Shown here: positions 13,202 to 24,900 of the stretch, piece by piece | Layout: every line of letters starts with the position of its first letter | Position numbering within the stretch: position 1 is the stretch's first letter | Origin: Monocercomonoides exilis PA203 | Taxonomy: Eukaryota; Protista; Preaxostyla | Assembly: GCA_001643675.2 (NCBI GenBank) | Contig: LSRY02000010.1 | Coordinates: 1,178,001 to 1,242,000, forward strand | Length of the DNA stretch: 64,000 nt | Direction of reading: 5' to 3' | Translations under genes and position numbers: made by a program | The notes under the pieces: model-generated | What the model saw: only the letters and a program-made list of their open reading frames with translations | Databases searched by the model: none | Told to the model about the DNA's origin: nothing

Positions 13202-15995
13202 CTATTTTTTCTTATTAGACTTATTTTTAGAATTTTTCTCATGACTTATATCTGGAGTTTTTAACGGATCCTTTGTTTTTGATGCTAATGCTTGTTTGTT
13301 TTTGTTCTCCTCTGCCTGAGGTGGAATACGTCTTCTTATATCTTTATTCTCTTCTTTTTCCTGCAACAACTGACTGCTTTGCACCTCCTCTTCCTCCTTC
13401 ACCGTTCCCTTTTCTGGATCTTCCTTCTCGCTTTCGCTGCTGTCCTCCTCGCCGCCTCCGCCCAGCTGCCGGATGAGGTTCTGCACTGCGGGGTCGTTCT
13501 CATCCAGCGGCTCAGACTTTACCACGATCACAATCACAATCACAAAGAACAGCACAATAAACAGAACCACCCCAATGATGATTCCTGTCTGATGATCGGT
13601 GATCCAGTTCGTGAAGTGGTCTGCCTTCGACAGCGGCTCTGCCATCGACCCGGAGGGCGCAATGGCGCTGCGTCCAATACCAACAAGCCACTGGGTAAGA
13701 GAAGAAGCATTAAGAGGCCTCAATGAATGTGTTTTCGCTCCACTTCCAGTCGCTGCTGCTCCTTCTCCTTCTTTCTTATTGCCCTTTTCCTTCAGCTCTG
13801 GAAAGTCGAGGGGAGAGTTGTTCACTGCGAGGCTGTCTGGGAGCGTCCATGTGTCTTCTGAAGTGGCATTGTAGACAAACACCACTGCGTGTTCAGAAGG
13901 CGAAGAAGGCGACGCGATTTCGTCTTGCTTCAGCCCAAACCACTTGTCAAACCGCACATATTTCGTAGTGTTCAGAATAGAGAAGTACAGCTTGCCGCTG
14001 ACATCTGGAGGAATAAGCGGATTAGCCAGCGATGTATTGGTATCAGATAATGACAGCTTAGGCAATGGAAGAGAAGAAGAAACAGAAGAAGAAGCAGAAG
14101 AAGAATCGTGTTTCATTGCATTTGCACTTCCTTCCACACGCGGACACATCAGATCCCACGACAGCCTCATAAACGACTGCTTCCGTTGGGCAAGCAAAGC
14201 TCCGTCAGTTGCAACACGCACTCTTTCTGCGTCTGCACTGAGCGGCTCTGAAGGAATCGCCAAAATCACACTGAGCGCATTAGCCTCTTCCATCCAGTCG
14301 CCCAGTGCCGACGTGTACTCAGCAGAGGGCGGGTTCAGGTTGCGGAAGACAAACAGAGAAATCAGCTTCGCCAGCGTCTGCGTGCTCTTCTTGACGGTCA
14401 GAACAGGCTCTGAAGCGCTGCTCTCGTATTTGTCTGTGCCCAACAAGAGCACCACGTCTGGGCGAAACGGCGGAGGCGGGCCAGATTTGAGGGTGAGTCG
14501 TTGGGCTGCGGTGGAAGGAGAGTTGGCTGAGCAGCGCGGAAGAGGCTGCTGTGGCACTGATGTGGCGGTGAGGTTCCGAGTGTGGGCCCTCATCCCGTTT
14601 TTCTCGATGAAAGGCGAGATGAAAGAAGAGCTTGAAGAAGAAGAAGAAGAAGAAGAGAAATCCACTTTTTCCTCTTCCGAATCTGATGATGTTGTAGTTT
14701 CACTCTCTTTCGCTACTTTTCTTCCAGAGTAGCACTGCGGAATCTGCACAGAAGAAGCCTCGCTTTCGGAAGTGAATGGGAAAACAGACACGAAATGGCC
14801 ATTTACACCCGCCGCAAGCAGCAAGAACTTGCTCTCGTCGCTCATCCACTCGAGATACTTGTCAATGCTCTGTGATGGCTGAGGCAGCTGCACGCCGTCA
14901 AGAGAACACTGCCGCCCTCTTTCAGACAGAATCAATCTCAATGTATCTTTAACATCTTCGAGTGATGAGTAGTTTTCTGATGATTGACTGGACTTTTGAG
15001 TACGGGAAGGAGCGCTTTCTTTTTCTTTTTGGTTCGCATTGGAGTTTTCTGTCTGTTTGTTTGATGGCATGTGAAGAAGAGGTGTTGTGTCAACAATAAA
15101 ATACCGCGAAAGTGTGTGTCTCTGATGCTGTGATAGGATGGAGAAGATTTCGGCTGGCTGAATGTTCAAAGCTGATTCGGGCTTTGGCTCGGATTTCATA
15201 GCCTTTTCAACAATAAAATCTTTAGAGACAACACTGGGATGTGTGAATAAATAAAAATTATTAAACTGAGCATCCAATCCAAATTCTGGCTCTTTTTGAG
15301 GCTTTGTCAATACATCTAAAACCTCAATAATGCTAAAATCAGTAACAAAAGGCTTCTCAACCATCTTTCTGACGTATGCGTCAAATGAAGCTGCTGTTCT
15401 CTCCCCGGTGTATTCCTGAATCGGATGTCCTGAAAAAATTTGAATTTCATTCAAATTATAAAATTTAAAAAAAGCTTTGTACCATTTTCAAAAACAATGA
15501 TTGTTGGATATGCTTTAACTCCCATTCTTTTTCTCAAATGCTTTTGACTCTCACACTCAACGTTTCCGTAACTTACGCCTGGAGGAGCAATATTTGCTGC
15601 TTTAATCCATTCCGGCTCCATTGCAGCACATCGATGACACCTTGTAAAAAGAAATGAACTTATTGATAAATATTTAACACATATTACACAAACCAATGAG
15701 CATAAAATCGCTGGGTCAATTTTTTCAATATCATATAAATAAATTTGCAGTAAAAATTCAAGGAAATAAGTACAAGAACATACAACTCTTTAAACATTTC
15801 AAGTTTTAAAATAAACATGATAATGTATCATTTGAAACAATAAAAACATTAAGCAAGCAATAATGAATTTTAAGCAAACATCCATATTCCTTTTTCTGTT
15901 AATTGGTCAAAATAATCATTTTTCAATTCAACAACCGATGAAGTCCCTTCGGAATAAATACATAAAAATAATAATAGAAAAAGTGATTTGAGCAT
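13202..15995 (-). CDS. Type I membrane thioredoxin/PDI-family protein (TMX-like), active site WCHRC; 5 exons
   Basis: Signal peptide MLKSLFLLLFLCIYSEG; spliced GIWIVRFYAHWCHRC...GVKAYPTI...EYTGERTAASF. C-terminal TM helix IIIGVVLFIVLFFVIVIVIVV and a Lys-rich tail. Exons 15995-15880, 15787-15784, 15710-15694, 15640-~15482, ~15430-13202. Confidence 0.85.
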
Positions 15996-16284
15996 CCTTG
16001 CTTTGTTGCTCAAATATTCTCCTCAACAAAATACGATAACAGAACAAAAATAATTATGCTTGAATACCCATATAAATTAATTTATTTCTAAGAGAATTTA
16101 ATTTCATTTTTTATTAATGTTGTAATTGAATTTTGAATTTAAATCATTGAAATTCCTTTATACTGCTATTAATATTTTGAATAAAAAGTAACAGCTATTT
16201 TTCTTTTAAAGAAATTATAAGTTGTCATGTCAACTTTGACGTGAAAAGAGACCTCAAACCATTAACACATATATTTTATCAAAA

Positions 16285-16719
16285 ATGATTTCCATTTATT
16301 ATGCAATATGTTGCTTACTGGCGATTGTTAATTGCGAACAGTCTCTTCGCAGAAAATGCGAAAATCTTCAACTTGATGCAACTGAACTGAGACATCAATG
16401 TGGAGCTAAATGCCAGGTATTTCTTATTGATTTTAATTTAATATCAAGCACTCTTTGATGTATTTGAATTTAGAACGAACTTTCCACGTGCTTTGAAGAC
16501 AGTTATCCTCAGTGCTCTGAAATGTGCTCAAAAGAATCTGATGAAGAAAAACAAGATGAATGCATGAAAGGATGCATTTCACAGAAGGCATTCGTTTGTC
16601 TTGACGTTCATAGATTTTGTAACACAGGATGCAATCGACAAGCTAATCAAATACTTCTCGACGGAGGCTGCATTAGAAAACGACAACGCCCCCAAGAACA
16701 AAATAAAGCTAACAATTAA
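16285..16719 (+). CDS. Small secreted cysteine-rich protein (125 aa, 2 exons)
   Basis: Exon 16285-16416 (MISIYYAICCLLAIVNC signal-like) and exon 16474-16719 join in frame across a GT..AG intron. There are 12 Cys after the signal, including four CxxxC motifs. Confidence 0.75.
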
Positions 16720-16918
16720 TTCTAATTGTTTGCATGAATTCCACACTTCATTTAAATGTATTTGCCACAAGTGAAACAAGTAATTTTTTTGAAACAAATT
16801 TTTGCGTATTTCTTTTTAAAGAAAATTTTTTTAACTCGTACAAGAATTATAAGTTCATGTTTTTTATTTTCTTCGAGAATAAGCCTGTTATTTGAAAATG
16901 TAACCATAATATACTTTC

Positions 16919-19900
16919 ATGGAGTCAAAACCTTCTTGGATTCGAGAAGGAAGGGCTAAAGTTCATGTTGGAACAGATGTTTTTTATAACCCCGTTCAAT
17001 GTTTTAATAGAGATATGAGCATGCTTGCGGCGATGATTGCTGCTGAAGATATGAAAGAGGAATATGAAATAAAGCAAAAAAAGCGCTCTTCTTCAAAACT
17101 TAGAAGGAATCAAGATGAAGAGCAGAATTACACCAATAAAGATATGCTCCAAAAAGAAAATGAAGCAAAACTTCGACCAAAAATATGTGAAGAAGATGGA
17201 AAAACGGAAAACTTTCCAGGTTTAAAAGTTCTTGATGCACTTGCTGCATCTGGCCTTCGAGCTCTTCGTTACTATCTTGAAGTTCCTTACGTTAGCACTG
17301 CTTATGCTAATGATTTTGATGAAGATGCTGTGAAATCAATTTTCCAAAATATCGAGTTAAACAATATTAATCCTTCTTGTTTTCATGCAAATCAAGGAGA
17401 TGCAAGGTTTGTAAACTTTTCAGAAGAGTGCCGCAATGTTGACTTTTATTGTTTGCAAATGCTTCAACACTTGATATTGAAATAAACATTTCAGTTTTTA
17501 TATGTTATTGAATAAAAACCAGAAAACATATTTCAATATCATTGATCTTGATCCTTATGGAACTGCAGCTCCTTTTATTGATGCTGCGATTCAATCTGTT
17601 GCGGATGGAGGGCTGCTTGCTGTGACATGCACAGATATGGGCGTTCTTGCAGGCAATCATATTGATACTTGCTATAACAAATACGGAGTTGTTGCTCACA
17701 AAGCAAAATATTGCCACGAAATGGCGCTTCGCATTCTTCTTTCGACACTCGCCACGCGTGCTGCACTTCACGGAAAATACATTGTTCCGCAGCTGTCTCT
17801 ATCAGTCGATTTTTATGTGCGCTGCTTTGTGAGAGTGTTTATATCGCCCACAAAAGCGAAGGAAACGGGATGCCATCTGAGCTGGCTGTGGCAGTGCAAC
17901 AGCTGCCCGGCCTTTTGGCTCCAGTGCATCATGGAAAAGAAGAGCGAAAAGGAAGCCAAGAAAAAGATGGAAAAATCATCTTACATTCCAGCTGGTAAAG
18001 AGACAGAGGAAACAACGTTCAAAGACAACGTGACTGAGAAGTTTCATGTGCAGGCTGGACTTCCGTTTTCTCCTGTGCCTTCTCTTTTCTCCTCCTCCTC
18101 CTCCACTTCTTCTTCTTCTTCGAGTCTTCAGGCGAATGATCGCTGCCCCTGCTGCCGTGTGGGGAGAGTGAATCTTGGAGGTCCTATTTGGAGCAGCCCG
18201 CTGCACTCAAAGCCGTTTTTGATGAAGATGACACAGAAACTGATGGAAAGCTCAGAAACGATAGAGGAAAGTGAAGAAGATGGAGAGAAGAAGGAAGGAA
18301 AGGGAGAAAGTGAAGGAGAAGAAGAAAAAGAGAAGGATATGAAAGAAGAGAAGCCAAAAAGAGGGATATTTCGAACAAAGAAAAGAATGCTGGGAACACT
18401 CGGGGTTTTGCTAAGGGTTTGAAATTATTCACATTAACCACAAAAAAATTTTTTTATTTGAAAAACGAAATCAAAACAATTTAACTTCTTCATTTCTTGT
18501 ATCTATTTTTTTTTTTCCTTCTCTTTCATTCCATTATTTGTTCTAACAGGAATTACCAGATGTTCCACTTTACTATTCATACAGCGATTTGTGCGGGTTC
18601 TTTTCAGTTAGCTCTCCTCCACCTTCGACTTTTATGTTTGTCAATTGAAAAAAAATTATTATTGTTATTATTCTTTTTTTTTTTCACGCTATTTCTTCAA
18701 AAATCACTTTTAATGAATTTTATTTATTTCTTTCTCTTTCTTTCTCTCTTCTCTCTTCTCTCTTCTCTCTTCTCTCTTTCTCTTTCTCTTTCTCTCTCTC
18801 TCTCTTTCTCTCTTTCTCTCTTTCTCTCTTTCTCTCTTTCTCTCTTTCTCTCTTTCTCTCTCTCTGTTCTTTCTATTTACCAGTTCTTATCTTCTTCTGC
18901 GCAAATATTCCGTGTCTCAGTCGCATTGCGGACCAACATTTATCAAAACGACTGCTCCACCGATGGTTGTGTTTGACTTCTTCAAGCATCTCATTCAGCA
19001 GCGCACCCCACAAAGATATCTGAAAGCGATTCAAACAGAGGGAAAATTGTGTGAATGTGCTGATGATGAAGCTAATGATGATGCTGGAGACGAAAGCTCG
19101 AATGAATTAGAAGCAGAAGAAAGAGGCGAAAACGATAAGATTGAAGAGAAGAAAGAGAAAAATGAAGAAGATAAAACTGACAATACAAATGCACATTTGT
19201 GCGAGAAGGATATTGAACAAGCCAACAAGAAGGCACAAAATGAGAAAATGACTTCAGATTCAGCTTCAATAAAAGCATTGCTTCCAGCGCCTCGTCCTAC
19301 AAGAACGCAAAAACTGAAGGAAAACCGTGTGCCGGCGCTGAGGGGAATTATGCAGTCGAATTATGAGCCACTGCCGGCAACTGTATCTGCAGAAGTCGAA
19401 AGTATCACGATTGACCAGATAGAAGAGTCGCTGTATGGGAAAGTGGTGAATGGGAATGGAGAAAATGATGGGGAAACATCTTCTTCTTCTTCAGTAGCAA
19501 CGAAATCATCATCGTCATCGACATCAGCAGCAAAAGAAGCAAAAGAAACGACAACTTCTGTTTCCTCTTCTTTATCTCCTTCATCCGAAGAGTCAAGCAA
19601 AGATTCCTCCAAATCTTTATGCTCTTCTCTTTCTGAAGAAGCGCAAAAGGCACTTGAAGAAGCCAAAACGCATATTTTGACTGTTATGCACTTGACTTTG
19701 AGTGAAATTGCGCCTCGTTCAGGGAAAACAGTGAAAACATCTCCAGTTGATGCATCAGAAGACAAGTTTGCACTGCCGGTTCCACGATTTATTATGGCGG
19801 AAAAGGGGTTTGGACCAAAAGCGAAGGCACATAAAGGGTTTGATTATATATGTTTGTATTTATATTTTGAATAATGTTTTTGTTTGAATTTGCTTTAAAT

Positions 19901-20160
19901 AAAACTACAATTTTGGATTTGCTTATTAATTTATAAATTTATCAATTTATTAAAAAACTTTCAGTGAAGTATCCGAGAAGAGGAAGCAAAAGATGGCACA
20001 AAAAGAAGAAGAAAAGAGAAAAGAAAGAGAAAGAATGAGAATGGAATATGCGAAAGTGTACGGTCCGAAAGAGAAAACTTTAAGCAAAAAGGAGAAAAAG
20101 AAGTTGGAAAAAATGCAATCGAGCACAAGCTCGCAAGACGTGAGCAATCACATATCATGA
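16919..20160 (+). CDS. TRM1: tRNA (guanine26-N2)-dimethyltransferase; 5 exons
   Basis: VFYNPVQCFNRDMS, VLDALAASGLRALRY, IIDLDPYGTAAPFIDAA, GGLLAVTCTD, HEMALRILL, GGPIWSSPLH, ELPDVPLYY and SQSHCGPTFIKTTAP. Four GTTTG..AG introns restore the frame to TGA 20158-20160. Confidence 0.93.
18728..18872. repeat. CT-rich microsatellite inside TRM1 intron 3
   Basis: Long (CT)n/(CTTT)n polypyrimidine run ending before the acceptor AG at ~18882. Confidence 0.85.
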
Positions 20161-20309
20161 ATTATTTAATTTTGAATATTCACTTTTTTGAAAATTACTT
20201 AAAATCCATCTCGCATATTTAATACATCAAAATACTATCAGGCGCTTTTGTGTTTTGCTTAAAATAAGGAGAACTTCGTGAACTGAAAAGAATAATCAGA
20301 AAGGATATA

Positions 20310-21274
20310 GGGTCAGTAATTTATCATATCCCCTTTTTTTTTATCGGGACATAAATTTTCTGGCTCTCAAGAGCACTTTCAGAAAAAAATAAATAATAGA
20401 AAATAATTAATATATTATAATATACTATTTCAGAAAATATTTTTTCAAATTTTAATTTTTGTGAAAAGATCTGGTGTTTTTTGTTTTATTTTTAAGATCA
20501 AAGACTTGCTCGTATTTTCATGAGCTTTTTGTTTTGAGATTTTTAAGTATTGTTATTGTTATTGAACATAACTTCTTTATAATTTTGGTTATTTTTCATT
20601 GTTTAACACTTCGTTTTTTTATTATTTTTTGCATTTCACTAAATTTCGACAAATTGAAGAATGCGTCTGAATAAATAAGTTTTTTCGTTAATTTGAAAGC
20701 GTAAATATATTAATTATCAACAAATAAAGGTAATCAGAAATAAGAAAATCTTTAATTTTTAATGATCGAGATTATTATTCAAAAAAACATGTTTTTGTGT
20801 ATTTTTGTGTTTTTAACTTCAAATCATATTTTTCATTTCAAAATTTTGGTGATACACATATCAATCAGTTTTTTAACTATTCTTTTATGAACAAAAACAT
20901 GCTAACTCTAATTTCACATTTTATTTTTAATTTTATCGAAATTTAGTGAAATGCAAAAAATAATAAAAAAACGAAGTGTTAAACAATGAAAAATAACCAA
21001 AATTATAAAGAAGTTATGTTCAATAACAATAACAATACTTAAAAATCTCAAAACAAAAAGCTCATGAAAATACGAGCAAGTCTTTGATCTTAAAAATAAA
21101 ACAAAAAACACCAGATCTTTTCACAAAAATTAAAATTTGAAAAAATATTTTCTGAAATAGTATATTATAATATATTAATTATTTTCTATTATTTATTTTT
21201 TTCTGAAAGTGCTCTTGAGAGCCAGAAAATTTAGGTCCCGATTAATTTTTTGGGTACCGACAAATTTCTGACCC
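20310..21274. mobile_element. 965-bp foldback/MITE element with ~345-bp inverted arms, TA-flanked
   Basis: TA|GGGTCAG...CTGACCC|TA. Arms ~20310-20655 and ~20930-21274 are reverse complements, which explains the mirror ORFs 20474+ and 21111-. No coding capacity. Confidence 0.85.
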
Positions 21275-21942
21275 TAATGCAAATTTCATACATTAATATA
21301 GCAAAAAAAAAAATAAATAAATAAATAAAAAGAAAATAAACTATTTGTTTCAAACTTTTTCTGCAACCTTATCATCACAGGTTTTTGATTCCCATGACAA
21401 AATTAATTATTTAAAATTAAAAATTGGAAAAAATATTAGTTAATTCTGTGCAACACAAAAATCAAAAAAATACATATACATTCATGACAAGACAAAACAA
21501 AACCCAATTAATAAAAATAACAACAACAACAATAATAATTTCCTATTGTCAATGAAAAACTATCACATGAAACATTTCGTTTGTCTGAAAAGAATTTTCG
21601 TTGGAAAGCGATTCATTTTCCTTCAACAATGAAAAGTTTCAACCTATAAAATTGAATTTATTGCTTTTCAAAAATTATTAGAATTTGAATATCCAAAAAT
21701 TGTATTCCTTGAAAAGAAACTCTTATAAATACAAAAAAGAGAATAATACGCTTTTCTTTTGAAATCAAAAACAAAAACAAACATTAAACTCAGACAAAAA
21801 ATTCAGCTTCAATATGAAAAAGTTAAAAAATAAATTTTTATTCATCAAGAATTATGTTCAACAAAAATTAATTTTTTCGGAAACAAACAAATATATTGGG
21901 CGCAGGGATTTTTATTTTAAAGTTATTTTCCTATCTTCTTCC

Positions 21943-24900
21943 ATGGCGAATATCTTCACCAGCGCAAAAGCTGCAATAAATATTGTTGCTCTTATAATTA
22001 TTGTTGTTAATTGCAGCAATGGCAGAGGAATTGCCGAAAAACAATATCAGCAAGAAATGAATTGGGAGATGCCAAAAAGCACGATCAGCATTGAAAACAG
22101 CAGCAACAAATACTACAATAAAAATGACATAGGTGCAGCAAAAGTCATATTCTCATCGAGCGTTCGTGCTTGTTGTATTCGAACAAATCTGAATATCATC
22201 AACACCTCCTTGTGTGTGACTCATCTCACATTAGCGCCTCTCGCTGGTTGTCCACTCATCACTGCCCAACACCACTCAGCTGCCACCATCTGCTCCTCCA
22301 TTTGCCAAGTCAACCCAGCAACAAAATCTCCACTTTTCCTCTCTGCCCATGCCTCACTCGCCCTCACCAACTTCTCCCTCACCATCCACCAGCCAGACAT
22401 CCTCTCCTTCCCCCTTTTCTCCGCCCCAAACAATCTCCTTCCAGATGCCCACTCCCCAATCCCCACCTCCTTCTCCATCTCCCACTCCTCTTTCTCCTCG
22501 TTCATCTCCCTCATCCAGCCCTTCCTTTTTTCTCCTTCTTCTTCCCGTCTCCATAACCATCACCAATCCCATACCCACCTCCAAATCCACCTCAATCTCC
22601 ATCTCTCAAACACCCTCTTCTCCAACATCTCCTCTCCTCAATCCCATCCATCTCTTCCATTCCTTCCCTCATACTCACTCAACCCATTCACCTCAACCAC
22701 TTCTTCCTCTTCTTCCATTTCCACCAACACCAACACCAATTCAATCCCCTCCTTCTCCCTTCACTCATCCCTCTCCATCCGCTCAACCATCTTCAAACAC
22801 ACTCACAACCCCATCGATGGAGCCATCCTCCCTTCTCTTAACAACCCATCCACTTCTCTCTCTGCCTTCAACGCTTCTTTTCTCCACCAAACACGTTCTT
22901 TGTCAAATGATGCTGTGGTACATATTGGAACCGAATCTCAACGAGAAACACCTGGAAGATTGACTTCATTTGATGAGAACAATCATCGCTTCGAATGGTG
23001 CGAATGGAATAATTCTGGAGATGGCTCATCTGGAGGTGCGCTTAATGTTGAATGCACAAATGCAAATCTAACAATCTGTTCCTGTTCATATACAAAATGC
23101 TCAAGTAAAGGACATGGTGGAGCGTTATACTGCTTGTATTTGTCAAATGTTATCATCACCAAATCCAATTTCACAAACTGTTCTGCTGCTCATGGAGGAG
23201 CAGCCCACACCGCTTATCCACAGCAAAATTCTATTTATTTGCATTCAGATAATAAAATTGAAAATTGTTCAATATCTAGTTGGTGTGGGACTGGCTGGTA
23301 TTTTTACATTGGCGCTTTTCCATTAAATGGACAGTTCTTGTTTTCCAAATGCAAATGCATTACAAATTTTGGTGGTGATTCTGCTGGTTCTATAACATTT
23401 TATAATCCTCCGGCATCAAAGCCAAATATTTTTAAAATTAATGACTGTCAGTTTATAAACAACAAATTGAATTCTTCTTCAACATATGGTGGCGCTGCCA
23501 TTTACAGCTATTCAACTTATGCCTGGATGAGTGGGACAAAATTCATCTCCTTCTGTTTCTTCGATGGCAATACAGCTGCAAATGGCAGAGGAAACGATGT
23601 ATTCTTCGGTGATAGTTATATCAGCCAATCTCCATTCGAGAATTGCGGATCGACAACCTTATCCAAAAGAGTATGGAATGCGGGAACAGCAGATAACTCC
23701 AATTTCAATGGTTGGTTACCATTTGTAATGCCAAATAAAGTTGTTGCCAACAGCGGAATGGATGCAGATGCCTGTGGCAGACAAGGGCAAACCCCATGCG
23801 CCACTATCGAATATGCTTTGTTCGGCTTTGTTTTTTTTGAATATACTTCCCTTACCCTCCTGAACTCTTCCTTCACTCCTTCTCAGGTACTCTCTTTCCG
23901 TGCCCCAAATGCAAAAATCACTGGAATTGGAACAGATGCAACCATCATCGCCTCCAGTGGCATTCCTCAACCATCATCATCATCTTCTTCTTCATTTTCT
24001 TCATCATCTTCCTCTTCACCAGATCCATCTGCCTCTTCTGCCCTCTTCCAACAAACTCAGGGCTCCCTCACAGTCTCTGCCCTCGCCATCGCCCACAACT
24101 CCACAAACCCCATCACCCCCATCCTCTTCCACCTCTCCGGTAACTCCCCTTCCCTCAACCTCAACACAACCACCATCACCGGAACAACCCCATCTTCATC
24201 ATCAATCACAACTCCCCTCTTCTTCCTCACTGCTGGCTCCCTCGCCCTCAACCACACAGCAATCACCCAACTCACCCTCAACAGCCAAAGCATCTTCCAC
24301 CTCACCTCCCTCACCGCTCCCCTCACCCTCAACTCCTCCAACATCACCCACATCACCTCCACTGCCACCCCCACCAGCTGTGTCCTCTCCTCTGCCACCT
24401 CCCCTGCCCTCTCCATCTCCCTCACCAACTGCACCATGACCAACATCAACTCAGAACAGTTGAGCCAACAAACTGCCACCAATGGCGGGTGCATCTCATT
24501 CGCCTCATCTGCCCCTGCCAACACATTTTCAGTGAGTGATTCCACCTTTTCCAGCTGTTCTGTGAGCGAGGATACAAGTTCTGGAGGAAGAGGCGGTGCT
24601 CTCATGATCGAGTTCAACCATGGCTCACAAGTGTCAGAATCCTCCTTTTGCATCACCAATATCGTGTTTTCAGGCAACAAGGCCAGTGTCGGAAGAGATG
24701 TGTATTTTGTGTGTGAATCCCTTGTCGCTTCTGTGAAGGAACCCTTGTTCACTTTCATGAGAAGCATCACTCAGAAAGACAACTCGGTTGTTGGACATGA
24801 CAGAACAGAAGCATTCGGTGATTGGGATGTGGATTTGTTTATATTCTTTGAAGGTTTCTTTTCTGACACGATATATGTTGATGGAACATCTGGAGTGGAG

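Noticed and set aside
20474-21111. Twin 65-66 aa ORFs on opposite strands
   Set aside because: Mirror products of the foldback arms; AT-rich, no true ATG start, not protein-like.
21814-21942. 43-codon N-terminal extension of the giant ORFs (also 53813-53941)
   Set aside because: AT-rich, absent from copy C, and it would bury the signal peptide; MANI is the likelier start.
22170-24770. Overlapping alternative-frame and antisense ORFs within the giant genes
   Set aside because: Expected from extreme base skew, which removes stop codons; translations are low complexity.
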